In this document: piece by piece, positions 27,184 through 38,726 of the stretch | How the letters are laid out: each line of letters begins with the position of its first letter | Numbering within the stretch: position 1 is the stretch's first letter | From: an uncultured virus (IMG/VR IMGVR_UViG_3300017749_000006) | Lineage: Duplodnaviria; Heunggongvirae; Uroviricota; Caudoviricetes | DNA: 64,000 nucleotides | IMG/VR virus record: IMGVR_UViG_3300017749_000006 | Direction: 5' to 3' (one strand) | Notes under the pieces: generated by a model | What the model was told of the DNA's origin: nothing | Databases searched by the model: none | What the model saw: only the letters and a program-made list of their open reading frames with translations | Translations under genes and position numbers: made by a program

Positions 27184-30100
27184 GGTACAAATTCAGTAGA
27201 AGGGGAATCTGCTACTACTGCGGCTCTCCTAAAATTAACGTTAAGATTAGAAACTTGTACGCTTTGGTATTTAGCATTATCTTTTGCTTTACCACCTCTT
27301 CTACTTACTATAACCTCTATATTATTACCGGGAGTAACTACACCTGCTAAGGATTGGGTAGATATTAACTCTACATTAATTTGTTTGCCTGTAGAGACTA
27401 CTACACTATCTTGTATTCTTGTGTTTGTTTCTTTACATCTAACATCTATATCCAATACTGCTTTTTTACCTACTCCTGTACCTTCTTGTAACTGTAAACT
27501 AGCAGTTACATTTATATCATCATTAATAGCATCAGAAGGTGTAGGTACATTAAATTTAACTGCGTGCGTAGTGTCATATTTTTTCTGTTCACTACCCGAT
27601 TCTGCTAAATCTGTTACTGATTGCGTCTTCCCACTTCCGGGCAAAGCAAAAGAATCACCGTCTGTAATTGCTGAACCGGAATAAAGATGTGGTGTCAATC
27701 CACCTTGTTGTCCTCTCATAGAAGATAGTGTACTAGGTACTCTCATTTGCCCTAAAATTTGATGTCCTGTTTGTGGGGTAAACATACTACCACCCATATT
27801 CATACTACCTACTTGGTTTTGATAAAAACCTTGACTAACAGAATTAGGGGATATAAGATTAGAGTTAGGTGGAAAATCTATAAATGGATTCATACCATTA
27901 ATGTTTTGATTATCGTTTTCTGTAATATCTTCGACAATAGTTTCTGCCGGCGGCAAAGGAATGTCTACAACAGTTACACTTTCTTGGTGTGAGTTAACAG
28001 GTAAGTTATCTAGTATGTATGGTACTATACCCGAAGCAGAACGAGACTCATCTCTTTCTAATGTTAAATTAATTTTTTCTACGTTACCTGCTTTTACTGA
28101 CCAATCAATATCTTGTATAACTAAAGTTTCGTTATTTAGACTATGTGAAGCATCTGTATAAGAAACATAAGTAGCAGGAATATAAGTAAGGTCATCTACA
28201 ATATGTAATTGTGGGGCATACCATTCATTTCTATATAGTCCTATACCACCTTTAAATTCTGTATATTGTCTAGCCCCTAATGGGAAAATACTATTTGTAT
28301 TAAAAGTAGAGCCTAAATCTATCCCTGCTATATCATGGGCGTTTTTGTGTGTGTTAGTAGAACCACACCTACTTCTTACAAGGTCACGACAATATTCAGA
28401 GTTAAAAGAAAATACTATTGTTCCTGTACCATATGAAGACGGTACATCTAATTCGTAAAACCCACTATGTTTTACTTCTTGAGAAACACTACCATTAGTG
28501 GCTAAAGTAGCATTTAATCTAGCCGCCGCATTAGAGGGGGTAGTAGCAGTAGAGTTATCAAAAGAATAATCAGCCAACCAAACTTTAAAGTTTAAAGTAT
28601 TTACATCAGTATTAGTACCATCGGGTTTAAGAGATACTATAACCCTTAATTTTTCTCCTGTAGTAGCACTAACTTTAGGAGTATCCTTACTAATATGTAC
28701 AATTTGTACTGCTTTAGAAACTGACCTAGAACCATACCATGTATAGTTATCAGAAGTGCCTAATGTCGCACTATAAGAAGGCATACTACCTGTTCCTATT
28801 CTATTATATAATGTGGTAGTAGGGGCGCTACCTAGATTACCGTCAAGAGCATTAACCATACCGGGAAATAATAAGCCCCCTGTTCCTAAAATAGTCCAAC
28901 ACCAACCTGTTCCTAAACTGTCATCGTTATTTCCTTGAAACGCTATTTGTGGGTCTGAAATATATCCATATCTACCACCATCTAACATAGCATCTTTGTC
29001 ATTTACTGCTCTAATAGGGCTAATTTCTAAAAGAATATTATTTTGTTTCTTTTTTCTATAAATTTCTTTGGCTAATTGTTCTGCTTCTTTTTGTGTTCTA
29101 ACACTAGAGTTAGATTCTATAAACCAAGAAGTAGTATCAGACAAATTAGGTTTAGGGAAATCTACAAAGTCTTTGTTGTCATTATAATAAACTCTAACAT
29201 TTTCTACATTTGTGTTAGATTGTATTTCCATATTAGATAATTTTATACCTTCCCTAGTAATACTATGACCGCTATTGTATTTTGGTCTTAATTCTAATTT
29301 GTTGTCTCTACCTATTAAATATGAAAAAGAAGTTTCTAAATTATTAGTAGTTCCTACTCCCGATAGTTTCTGTATGTTTTGTATAGTGCTATATACGGTC
29401 TTATTTTGTGTATTTAATACACCGCCATAAGAATCACTTTCTGATTTAGTATCATAAGTAGTCATAAGGTTTGTAATAGGCACATTATTAATGTCAAAAA
29501 CGCATGGGTATTTAGTGTTAGACCACCAAGTATCAGCCATACCTGCTGACCATAAAGTTCTAAGTTTATCACTATTATAGAAAGTACCGTTGTTAGGAGA
29601 TTCTATAGCACCATCTATTTTCATCATTAATCTGTAAGCAAATTGTGATGCTACATTGTTATATACTTCTACTTCAATATAATCGCTATTAGATATTTGT
29701 ACTTTTGAAAAAGGAGTATCTATATTGTCAACTAAGTTAGAGTTACTTATGTGACTTCTAAACGCATTCTCTATTTCTGATGCTGACCACGTACTATCGG
29801 TAGTAATATTAGTAGCACTTTCAATAACTACTCCGGCTAATTGGGCAGGTATTGTATAAGAAGATGTAGCACTCCAACCATCAGTAATATCTTGGGCAGT
29901 AATATATTTTCTTCTTAGTCCTACAGTAGTATTTGTGAATGATTCTCCGGCTATAGCAAGCAAAGTATCTCTTGTGTTAGGGATATTGGCAAAGGGGTTA
30001 TATGGTAAATAACTAACTTTTTCTACCCACAATACTGTTTCGCTATCAACTTTTCTTATTCTGTAATAAAAGTCTTGAATAAAATGTGTAGCGTAACTTG

Positions 30101-33100
30101 TTAAAGTACCTCTTACTAACGGTTTTGTATTATTTTTAATATACATTCCTGCTTTGATACCGTCAGAAATAAAAGTAGCATCACTATCTGTTAAAACCCA
30201 ATACGAATCTCCAATAGTAGGGGTAACATAAGAGGTAAAAGCGCTTGTTTCTGCGGTATTAAGTTTATTATTCCAACTAAACATATAATTAGAATTAGAA
30301 TCATTTTTAAAACCTTTAATTCTACCTATACCGTTATCTAAAAATATAGTAACATCAGTAGGCTCTACCCAAAAGTGACCTTTAGAAATATTGCTTGCTA
30401 ATGTAGTATTGTCACCTACTATTTGAGAAGTATAGTCGTGTTTTTTATAATTAACGTCTGTGCTTAATGTAGTAGATGGAGCGTATTTATAATAATTATC
30501 TATAAGTGCTACATCACCTCTACTAATAGCATAATAATCTTCTAAATTAGTTCTACCACCTACCTCTTGATTTATACTACCATTATTTGCTAAAGTATTA
30601 AGATTAAAAAATTTAGAAGTATCTATTAATATCATAGAGCCGCCTTTTTCATGCCAATCTCTATACACACTCAAATCTGTAGAACTGCCGTAAGTTATTG
30701 CGTATTTTATACCACCATTACCACCTGTATCATTACCTAAATAAATATTATCTATAATAAAATAACCGCTATTTGAAGCGTCTGTTATTTGAAATATACC
30801 GTTGTGTCCACTTTGACTTGCATTCCATATACCTACATAATCTCCGTTAGATAAACCATGACTTGCTTTTGTTACTCTTACCTTTAAAGTACCATTACTT
30901 GTATTACCACCACCTTCGTTAAGAAGAGTACAAGTTTGTTGATTAGTATAATCAAGAGGACGGGAAAAAGGGCCATCTGTACTATCATCTAAAGTAGAAT
31001 CTACTTCCCATATATCATAATCTTCGCTTTGTTTTAATTCTGTAAATACTCTAGGATTTCCTTCTTCGTCAAGGTCATCTTCAAACAGTAATTTTAATGA
31101 ATAATTGTCCATTTTAGGAGAAACAAGACCGAAAGATTTTTTTCTTAATCCACCATCAGCATCAGCAGTACCATCATTTCTCATGTCAGCCCACAATACC
31201 CACATATGTTTATAATCGGTTCTTAAATCTAACACGCTAACCTTTGTTGCTTCTGATATTTGAGTTAAAGAGGTTTGCCAATTTTTTCCTGTTCCCGCAT
31301 GATTTAGGCTAATATACTTAACACCCGCTAAATAATATTTACTGTTGCCTGTGTCATGCCATTTATGACGATAGATAGCAAAATCATTAATCATTTTTTG
31401 TGTAGTATGTGTTGCTGATTTTACAGGTCTTTGTATTTGTATTACTCCGTGTGTAGGTGCGGCATTAAAAGATGCTTGAGTTACTTCTATTTGATTAGCG
31501 TTTGCGGCAGTAGTGCTAGGAACTACCGATGTAGTAATAGCAGAATATTTTATTTCACCAAAATGATATTGAAACCACAAAGATAAAGGTAAATCTCTCA
31601 TCCATACTGCGTGTGAAACTCTATTAGAAACATCTTCACTTGTTGGTGCGGGAGTAATAACCCCACCTGTTACTGTTGTTAAGTTTTTCCTGTCGTTACC
31701 GCTTAATAAACCATCATTATTAATCCAAGTACCATACTCTATACCAAAAACACTACCTTCATAGGGAGTATAAGTTTGTATTTGCCACAAATAAGTTGCG
31801 GTGTTAGCACCTATACCATAATTATAATTAGACGTACTATGATAATTAAAAATCTTTTTTATACTTTTAATTTCATGCCTTTCTCCTAAAAATACAAAAT
31901 GTTCTCCTGCCCTAAGATTAGGGTCTACATCTAAACAAAGAGTGAAAGTATCTGATATTGCTTCTCCACCCATAATTTCTTCAAATTGTGCGTCATCTGT
32001 TATAGCGGTAATTTTAGAAGTAACATTACCATTTCCTAAACCACTTGCTAGTGGTATTTGAGCAGTTATTCTACTGTTTATAAGATAGTTTTTGCCAAAG
32101 TTTTTAAGGTTATATGTATGTGCAGATATAGTTTGTGCTATTTCTATAGATGTTACTTCATTACCCGATACAGTAATGTCTAACTTACAACCCGAACCTG
32201 TTACATTATTAGTTCTTACTACAGTAGCCCCTGCACTATAGTTAGTATTTAAATCTGCTACAGTTAATACATTACCACTTTTACCACTGTAACTTATAGC
32301 ATCACCGTTTACAGTAATAGTACCACTATTATTAAATCCTGTAGCATCAGTTAGTGTCAGTTGTGTTTGTCCGTCAGTATAATTAGAGGCTAAAGTAGTT
32401 AAAGCGCCCGAAACAGTAGTAGCAATACTTTCATAAGTTCCGTTTGCTAAAGTGGTATTCCAAGCAGACTCTACAAAAGTTTTTACTCCGTTATTATTTG
32501 CAGTAACTACACCACCTAAGAGAGAACCTACTGTTGGTACAGAAGTATAACCATACCCCGAATCTAAAACTTCTGCCGCTATAATTTTTCCTGTATTTGG
32601 GTCAGCAACCCATTTAGCAGTAGCAGTTTCAGAAATATCTTCTCCGGTGTCTCCTATATAACTAGGCGGAGTAGATATACTTAGTGGCCCTTCATAAATA
32701 GTTGTATCAGTTCCATTATTATTTACTACAGAATAATAACCTGTAGCAAAATAATGATTTTCACCACCTTCTATTACATTAATATCTTCTAAATAATGTC
32801 TAGTAGGGTGTGTAGCCATTAAATGTATATAATTTAAAAACCTAGTATATTCCTCACTTGATGTACCTGCTAGGCTAGTTAAATAATCGCTTTGAGTCAT
32901 ATAATTAGAGTCTGTATATTCTATACTAGAGCCTATATATTTACCTGCATAAACTACACAATTACTAAGATTATGAACTAAATCATTATCAAGAATATTA
33001 CTTGCTATATCGGCAGTATTAGCGGCATCAAAAGTTACGTGTTCTTGTGTAACTCCGGCAGTAGTAACATCGTTAACTGCATTAATAACTAAAGATACGT

Positions 33101-35162
33101 CATCATAACCGCTAATACCTGTATGTTTTATAGTTACAGTTTGCCCTACACCAAAACCGGGATTTCCTGTCATGACAAAAGTTATTTTACCATTACTTTC
33201 TTCAAATATATAATCTACACCCATACCTTCATAATCATTCTCTAAACTATTTGGCCCAAAAGTATCTTCGTTATTGTATATTTGTATAGGGTGACCGGAA
33301 TGTAGTTGAGTTCTTTGGTCGCTTCTATTTTCATAAGAATCCATATGTGTTCTACCTAATGTACCTGCTAAAGTTTTTAAATTATTAGCGCCCATATTCA
33401 TAACCTCTTTCATACCTTCTGCTTCGTAGTGCCAATACAAACTACCTGTTTCGCTTGTATTTAAACCACCTTGACCTACTTCCCATAGCGGTAATTGTTT
33501 GTTTAGAATATTAAGTGAGTCTTGTGCTTCTATTTGTATTTCTCTATCTTGTAAATTTTCTTTAACGGTTAAATTAGTTATTACCCCTTTCCATATTGGT
33601 CTATCTATACGGGCAATATCTTTAGACCCTGTTTCACCTGCTCCTGCAAACACTAACATATACCATTCTTTTAAAGATTCACCACTAAACAAATTATAAA
33701 TTTGTTGGTCATATTGTGTAGTTTCAAATCCGTATTGATTATCTGAATGGTATTGTGCTTCATCTAAAAATTTTAAATTTGCGGAAGAAATACCATTATT
33801 AGTAGTATTAATATCTAATGTGGTCATAGGATTTAATTCTTTGCCGGATGGGTCGTCTGTTAATGGCCTATATACGGCGGCTCTATCTAACATTAAAGTA
33901 GTTACAGTTTTATCAGTATTAAGTGGTGGGTGAGTGTATATTTCCCAACCATACATGGCACTAGCATTTCTTGTAGCCCCAAAATTATTAGTGCTTTTCA
34001 ATACCCCATCTTGATACACTTTAAATTTTTGTGCGCCATCTGTGTAATCTATGTGTACGTCTACGTCTATCCACATACTATCCGTTGTATTGTTAATAGC
34101 AGTTTTATTACCGTCATATAACATAGGGTGTGTGTTGTAATTTGATAAATCTAAATCAAAAGAAATAGCGGGTGTTCCTGTAAGACCGTCTTCTAAAAAT
34201 GTGTTCATACCATATAAATTACCCTCAGTTAAAGTAGTAGCGGTAACGCTACCGCTAAACCCGGCTTTTATTGTTACTTTTGGTACTACTGCACCATGAC
34301 TATTTGTTGTACCATTAAACGAACGTACTGCTAATCTAAAATGTAACCAATCACCTGTATCTCTTGAGTTTAAACTACCATCGTAAATTAAAGTAGGTGT
34401 TGACGGTGTAGAATTACTACCTGTTTTATCCCAAGTTTGTACACATAAAAACGGTTGACCGGAAGGGGATTCTACAGTAGCAAAAACATTCTCAGCCGCC
34501 GTATCGCTACTTCCAAAATTTATGGTTTCTCCCATCCAATGACCTGCCAAATGCGCTTTAGCAGTTCTAGTAATGTTAGCGTGTGTACTGATAGTATTTT
34601 TTCCCGAAGTTTTGTTAGCAAAAGTAGTAGCGTCACCATATCCTACCATATCGCTTCTAGCAAAACTACTGTCTATAGTACCCGTAGGAACTATATATCT
34701 AGTAGAGGTATCGTGACCATTACAAAATAATTGGTAAGCATCATTACCATAAAGTCCTGTTGTAGAATTTGGTGTAGTTCTAAATTTATTAACATTTGTA
34801 AATCCATCGGGATATTCTAATTGTGACCTACCTTGATAAGTGTCATTTAAATTTCTAATAGGGTCGTAAGAAATCCATTCAAACAAACCTTTGTTGTGTA
34901 ATAATTTATTAGTAGCACTAGCAAAAAACTCGCCGGAAGTTAGAGTAGAATTATCCCTAACTCTATCTAAAATACACCAACGGTATCTAGGATTTAATGT
35001 AGCCTCACCATTTAAAGGATTACCAAAATGTGATTTGTACATTAAATATTCTGTTTTATTATTTGGAGAATTAGTATCTTCTGCTATGGCTCTAGCCCCT
35101 GTAAAATCATCATAATAGCCCGTAAGCCATATACCATATTTATCTTTGACACTACGAACCAT
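27174..35162 (-). CDS. Giant tail tip / baseplate hub protein, 2662 aa
   Basis: Follows the tape measure gene; beta-rich with inserted domains. Confidence 0.7.
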   Translation of the reverse strand: MVRSVKDKYGIWLTGYYDDFTGARAIAEDTNSPNNKTEYLMYKSHFGNPLNGEATLNPRYRWCILDRVRDNSTLTSGEFFASATNKLLHNKGLFEWISYDPIRNLNDTYQGRSQLEYPDGFTNVNKFRTTPNSTTGLYGNDAYQLFCNGHDTSTRYIVPTGTIDSSFARSDMVGYGDATTFANKTSGKNTISTHANITRTAKAHLAGHWMGETINFGSSDTAAENVFATVESPSGQPFLCVQTWDKTGSNSTPSTPTLIYDGSLNSRDTGDWLHFRLAVRSFNGTTNSHGAVVPKVTIKAGFSGSVTATTLTEGNLYGMNTFLEDGLTGTPAISFDLDLSNYNTHPMLYDGNKTAINNTTDSMWIDVDVHIDYTDGAQKFKVYQDGVLKSTNNFGATRNASAMYGWEIYTHPPLNTDKTVTTLMLDRAAVYRPLTDDPSGKELNPMTTLDINTTNNGISSANLKFLDEAQYHSDNQYGFETTQYDQQIYNLFSGESLKEWYMLVFAGAGETGSKDIARIDRPIWKGVITNLTVKENLQDREIQIEAQDSLNILNKQLPLWEVGQGGLNTSETGSLYWHYEAEGMKEVMNMGANNLKTLAGTLGRTHMDSYENRSDQRTQLHSGHPIQIYNNEDTFGPNSLENDYEGMGVDYIFEESNGKITFVMTGNPGFGVGQTVTIKHTGISGYDDVSLVINAVNDVTTAGVTQEHVTFDAANTADIASNILDNDLVHNLSNCVVYAGKYIGSSIEYTDSNYMTQSDYLTSLAGTSSEEYTRFLNYIHLMATHPTRHYLEDINVIEGGENHYFATGYYSVVNNNGTDTTIYEGPLSISTPPSYIGDTGEDISETATAKWVADPNTGKIIAAEVLDSGYGYTSVPTVGSLLGGVVTANNNGVKTFVESAWNTTLANGTYESIATTVSGALTTLASNYTDGQTQLTLTDATGFNNSGTITVNGDAISYSGKSGNVLTVADLNTNYSAGATVVRTNNVTGSGCKLDITVSGNEVTSIEIAQTISAHTYNLKNFGKNYLINSRITAQIPLASGLGNGNVTSKITAITDDAQFEEIMGGEAISDTFTLCLDVDPNLRAGEHFVFLGERHEIKSIKKIFNYHSTSNYNYGIGANTATYLWQIQTYTPYEGSVFGIEYGTWINNDGLLSGNDRKNLTTVTGGVITPAPTSEDVSNRVSHAVWMRDLPLSLWFQYHFGEIKYSAITTSVVPSTTAANANQIEVTQASFNAAPTHGVIQIQRPVKSATHTTQKMINDFAIYRHKWHDTGNSKYYLAGVKYISLNHAGTGKNWQTSLTQISEATKVSVLDLRTDYKHMWVLWADMRNDGTADADGGLRKKSFGLVSPKMDNYSLKLLFEDDLDEEGNPRVFTELKQSEDYDIWEVDSTLDDSTDGPFSRPLDYTNQQTCTLLNEGGGNTSNGTLKVRVTKASHGLSNGDYVGIWNASQSGHNGIFQITDASNSGYFIIDNIYLGNDTGGNGGIKYAITYGSSTDLSVYRDWHEKGGSMILIDTSKFFNLNTLANNGSINQEVGGRTNLEDYYAISRGDVALIDNYYKYAPSTTLSTDVNYKKHDYTSQIVGDNTTLASNISKGHFWVEPTDVTIFLDNGIGRIKGFKNDSNSNYMFSWNNKLNTAETSAFTSYVTPTIGDSYWVLTDSDATFISDGIKAGMYIKNNTKPLVRGTLTSYATHFIQDFYYRIRKVDSETVLWVEKVSYLPYNPFANIPNTRDTLLAIAGESFTNTTVGLRRKYITAQDITDGWSATSSYTIPAQLAGVVIESATNITTDSTWSASEIENAFRSHISNSNLVDNIDTPFSKVQISNSDYIEVEVYNNVASQFAYRLMMKIDGAIESPNNGTFYNSDKLRTLWSAGMADTWWSNTKYPCVFDINNVPITNLMTTYDTKSESDSYGGVLNTQNKTVYSTIQNIQKLSGVGTTNNLETSFSYLIGRDNKLELRPKYNSGHSITREGIKLSNMEIQSNTNVENVRVYYNDNKDFVDFPKPNLSDTTSWFIESNSSVRTQKEAEQLAKEIYRKKKQNNILLEISPIRAVNDKDAMLDGGRYGYISDPQIAFQGNNDDSLGTGWCWTILGTGGLLFPGMVNALDGNLGSAPTTTLYNRIGTGSMPSYSATLGTSDNYTWYGSRSVSKAVQIVHISKDTPKVSATTGEKLRVIVSLKPDGTNTDVNTLNFKVWLADYSFDNSTATTPSNAAARLNATLATNGSVSQEVKHSGFYELDVPSSYGTGTIVFSFNSEYCRDLVRSRCGSTNTHKNAHDIAGIDLGSTFNTNSIFPLGARQYTEFKGGIGLYRNEWYAPQLHIVDDLTYIPATYVSYTDASHSLNNETLVIQDIDWSVKAGNVEKINLTLERDESRSASGIVPYILDNLPVNSHQESVTVVDIPLPPAETIVEDITENDNQNINGMNPFIDFPPNSNLISPNSVSQGFYQNQVGSMNMGGSMFTPQTGHQILGQMRVPSTLSSMRGQQGGLTPHLYSGSAITDGDSFALPGSGKTQSVTDLAESGSEQKKYDTTHAVKFNVPTPSDAINDDINVTASLQLQEGTGVGKKAVLDIDVRCKETNTRIQDSVVVSTGKQINVELISTQSLAGVVTPGNNIEVIVSRRGGKAKDNAKYQSVQVSNLNVNFRRAAVVADSPSTEFVPYS

Positions 35163-35171
35163 ACAATAACC

Positions 35172-37697
35172 TCAAATTACCATACCGCTTGCACTACCTT
35201 TTTGTTGTATTTTTCTAATAACTTCATTTGCTATTTCATCACTTGTTAATCCTGTAAAGTTATTAGTCATAATTACTTCTGTATTTGCTACAAAATTTTC
35301 TACTCCGGTGTGCTTAACTTGTTTAACTAAATCTCCTGTTACTGCATCTGCTTTAAAACCAAAGAACATTTCTTCTCTAGCGTTGGCAAACTCTTGTGTT
35401 TTATTTTTCATAGAATCTAAACCACTAAAGTCTACATCTGAACCTACACTTAATGCCATATTTGCTTCCATGTCTGCAAACGAAGCACTTAAAGCATCTA
35501 CTGAATCGGTGTTAGAAATCATAGCATCGTCAAAGGCTTTGCTTTTAGGTAGTAACTTTTCTATCGCTAGACCTACTGCTAAAAAGACTAAACCGACACC
35601 CGAAAACACTAAAAAACTTTTAAGGCTTCTTTTGGCAAAGTTAATTGCATTAGCCAAGAATATTGTTGCTTTACCCAATGCACCTGTAGCGGCAGTATTA
35701 ACTACCTTAGAAGTAGTATCTGCGTTTATGGCAACAGTTTGTGCTATTATAGCCCCTGTAGTTATCATAGTTTCAATCATCATGAATCCCATAGTCAAAG
35801 CCATTAATATCATAGATAATCTAGCAAGGTCTATTCCCATAACTAACTTATCACCAAGTAAAGAAGATAAAGCCATAACTGATACATCTATAATCATAAA
35901 GATACCACTAATTTTCATCATAGTCATACTTAATTTCATACTGCTAGTGTTTAATGCGTTTGTAGCGTGTGTTAGTTGGTCAGTTAATATTATTTCCTGC
36001 TCAATAAGTCCTTTTCGTTGTTTTTCTAAGAAAATTAATCTTTCCTTTGATACATTTAATTTATGAACAGTAAACCCGTATTTTTTAGTGCCTTCAGTGT
36101 TTTGTTTTTGTATAAACGCTCTGTTTTTTTCTATCGAAACAAGATTTTTCATTAAGTCTGTTTGTAGTTTTATTAATTGATTTTCAGTTTTTAAATTCTC
36201 TTCATTTTGAGCGTGGTTACTTTGTTCTTTAGCAGATTTTCCTAATTGCACTCCCGACAAAGCCCTTACTATTTGAACTTGTGTTAGTAAAGCAAGGTTT
36301 GTTGCTTTTACATTTATAAAAGCAGAAAAGAAAGGGGCAAAAGTAGTTTGTAAGGCTTTACCTAAACCGAATAATTTACTTAAACCTTTTTCTGAACCAT
36401 CTAAGGCTACAATTGTATCTACTATAGTTTGATTAAATCTATTTTGTATATTTATTGCTTCTATTTGTCCGGGTATAAAAACATCACCTATTGTAGCATT
36501 AGTTAATTCTAGTTCTGCTCTAGCCCTATCTAACTTAACGGCATTACTGTCCATCATGTCTCCTAAGAAACCTACCGCTTCTCCTGCTTCTGTCATAACT
36601 GCCGCAGTTTGTTCTGTGGCTTCCATATTTAATTGCATTACTCTATCATATGCTTCCATTAATTTTATGAATCTTACATAATGTCTGTTACCTGCTACTT
36701 GTTGTGCTATAGCCTGTTTTTGACCGCTATTAAAAGTTTGCCATTTAGGATTTAGTTCCTTCATTATGTCAGACATTGGTTTAAGAGAGCCATTAGCCTC
36801 TGTTGTTGCTACACCTAAATCATTTAATGCGGTAGCCGCACCGGAAGTATCAGCACCTAATCTAGCATAAGTCATTCTTAATGCTCTACCTGCTTTTCCT
36901 TGTTCTTCACCGGCTTCAATTAAAGCGGCTGATTGTGCGGCCATCATAGCAATACTTTCACCTGCTAGGTGTGCCTGTGAAGCAAACTCATTCATAACAC
37001 CTGTAATTTTAGAAAGTGTAGCCGCCGAATGGTCTTCTACCGAGTTTAATTCGTTAAGAGTACGAGACATTTCTTTTGTGACTTGTATTCTTTTTTGTTC
37101 TACACTCATTTGATTAAATGCGGCTTGTGTAGTATCTCTAAAAGCAAAACCTGTTTGTTGTTGTAAGTTAATTAACTTTATCATAGCAGTTTCCGGTGTC
37201 ATATCACCCATCAAACCAAACGCTAAAGCCGCTTCTGTTGCTTGGGGAATTACTTCTTCACCTAATATAGAAGACAATTGTGCCATCCTAGCACCTGCTT
37301 CTAAAGATTGATTAGCAGTAAACCCAAACTGCATACCTACTTCTTGTATTTGTCTTGTAAGAGTACCTTCTGTTGCCGCACCGACACTAATAAATTTTTC
37401 AAACTGTATTGTAGCCTTTTCTAATTCTTGTGATAATGGTACAGTAGCATCTACTACGGCATTCATTTGTTGTGCTAACAAAGAACCGGCATCTTCTATA
37501 CCTGCTAAACCATCTACTACTAGACCTTGCATAATAGTCATATGTGCTGATGTATCTTTAAGCATTTTATCTGCTTGAAACGTACCTACAATATCGAAGA
37601 AAACCCTAGATGCTCCTGCTCTTAAAACAACCATAAGGACTCCCATGAGTCCTAGAATTATAGGCATAAAAGAAGTAAGAAAATCAAAGAACAACAT
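35172..37697 (-). CDS. Tail tape measure protein
   Basis: TP901-type core (AGRALR...RL, L..LGV....NG.LKPM..I..EL), TM segments, follows tail chaperones. Confidence 0.88.
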   Translation of the reverse strand: MLFFDFLTSFMPIILGLMGVLMVVLRAGASRVFFDIVGTFQADKMLKDTSAHMTIMQGLVVDGLAGIEDAGSLLAQQMNAVVDATVPLSQELEKATIQFEKFISVGAATEGTLTRQIQEVGMQFGFTANQSLEAGARMAQLSSILGEEVIPQATEAALAFGLMGDMTPETAMIKLINLQQQTGFAFRDTTQAAFNQMSVEQKRIQVTKEMSRTLNELNSVEDHSAATLSKITGVMNEFASQAHLAGESIAMMAAQSAALIEAGEEQGKAGRALRMTYARLGADTSGAATALNDLGVATTEANGSLKPMSDIMKELNPKWQTFNSGQKQAIAQQVAGNRHYVRFIKLMEAYDRVMQLNMEATEQTAAVMTEAGEAVGFLGDMMDSNAVKLDRARAELELTNATIGDVFIPGQIEAINIQNRFNQTIVDTIVALDGSEKGLSKLFGLGKALQTTFAPFFSAFINVKATNLALLTQVQIVRALSGVQLGKSAKEQSNHAQNEENLKTENQLIKLQTDLMKNLVSIEKNRAFIQKQNTEGTKKYGFTVHKLNVSKERLIFLEKQRKGLIEQEIILTDQLTHATNALNTSSMKLSMTMMKISGIFMIIDVSVMALSSLLGDKLVMGIDLARLSMILMALTMGFMMIETMITTGAIIAQTVAINADTTSKVVNTAATGALGKATIFLANAINFAKRSLKSFLVFSGVGLVFLAVGLAIEKLLPKSKAFDDAMISNTDSVDALSASFADMEANMALSVGSDVDFSGLDSMKNKTQEFANAREEMFFGFKADAVTGDLVKQVKHTGVENFVANTEVIMTNNFTGLTSDEIANEVIRKIQQKGSASGMVI

Positions 37698-38053
37698 TAC
37701 TTCTCATCTCCACTCACACGCCTTACAGGTACACCTGCTCTCTCTACGATGCTAAAGAAGTCGTCGGTGTTGCTTAAAGGTTCGTCTTGAGGTATTGTTG
37801 TATTGTTCTCTCTTGCTTTTCTTCTTTCATTTCTACGCTTAACTGCACCTGCGGCATCACTAGCCTTAGCAGAAGTAGAAGATTGTGAGTGAGCCTCACT
37901 AATAAGTGAGTTAATTTCTTGTGCTATTTCTAAATCTAATTTTAATCTATCCATGCCGTCATCGGTATCATACTTATACCATAGGTCGGAAGGTAAAACG
38001 CCCTTAAAAGCCATGCAAAGAGAGGGCGCTACTCTTGCGAAGAGTCCAAAGGG
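37697..38053 (-). CDS. Tail assembly chaperone, -1 frameshift extension (gpT-like)
   Basis: Frame open from slippery site CCCTTTG (38047-38053) into the 37697-38014 ORF. Confidence 0.75.
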   Translation of the reverse strand, partial: PFGLFARVAPSLCMAFKGVLPSDLWYKYDTDDGMDRLKLDLEIAQEINSLISEAHSQSSTSAKASDAAGAVKRRNERRKARENNTTIPQDEPLSNTDDFFSIVERAGVPVRRVSGDEK

Positions 38054-38388
38054 ATTGCGGCAGATTCATCATCTCCTCTAACCCAAGATAAAACTCTCAT
38101 AAGTTCATCACTTTCTAAGTCATCAAGGTCAATATCTTCGGGGCTAATAATACAATGTTCTAACCAAGCATCTACTTGTGCTTCTATACCTGCACCTGCT
38201 TCATCTAAAGCATCTGCAAATTCTTCATGAGTATCCATACCCCATTCTGTAGGTTCACCTTTATCTCTAAAGCCTCTAAATACTTTAGCCTGTATACTTT
38301 CTATTTTTAATTTCTTACGGCCCGATATTTGGCGTACCATAATTTTGCTACCGTCGTTTAGTTCAATTTCTTTTTGTGCTATTGGCAT
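38029..38388 (-). CDS. Tail assembly chaperone (gpG-like)
   Basis: Acidic 119-aa protein between tail tube and tape measure, ending at a slippery heptamer. Confidence 0.8.
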   Translation of the reverse strand: MPIAQKEIELNDGSKIMVRQISGRKKLKIESIQAKVFRGFRDKGEPTEWGMDTHEEFADALDEAGAGIEAQVDAWLEHCIISPEDIDLDDLESDELMRVLSWVRGDDESAAIPLDSSQE

Positions 38389-38530
38389 ATTTCTTCACTC
38401 TCTTACTCTTCTCTAATGGCACTTCGGCCTCACTTATTAGACGTACTGTACCGTCTTCGTTAATTTCCCATAACCCGATACTGTTCTTAAAGGTTTCTGT
38501 GAATTGCCTAGAAGCACCTGCCCTAGACAT
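38363..38530 (-). CDS. Hypothetical protein, 55 aa (MSRAGASRQF...)
   Basis: Hand-translated; fills the operon gap. Confidence 0.5.
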   Translation of the reverse strand: MSRAGASRQFTETFKNSIGLWEINEDGTVRLISEAEVPLEKSKRVKKYANSTKRN

Positions 38531-38541
38531 AGTAATCACGA

Positions 38542-38721
38542 TTATGCTACGTCATACCAAACAACAGTAAGTCTTCTGCCGGTAACTGATGCACTAATAA
38601 TTACGTCACTATTAGCAATAGCGGCTCTTAGTGCGGTTTGCATATCTGCCGCACTTCCTTCCATTGAGAATACTTTTAGTTTAGTTTTATCTGCTATAAC
38701 TACTCCGCCGTCATATGCCAT
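38542..38721 (-). CDS. Hypothetical protein, 59 aa (MAYDGGVVIADK...)
   Basis: Hand-translated; GAGTGA SD. Confidence 0.65.
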   Translation of the reverse strand: MAYDGGVVIADKTKLKVFSMEGSAADMQTALRAAIANSDVIISASVTGRRLTVVWYDVA

Positions 38722-38726
38722 CTAAA

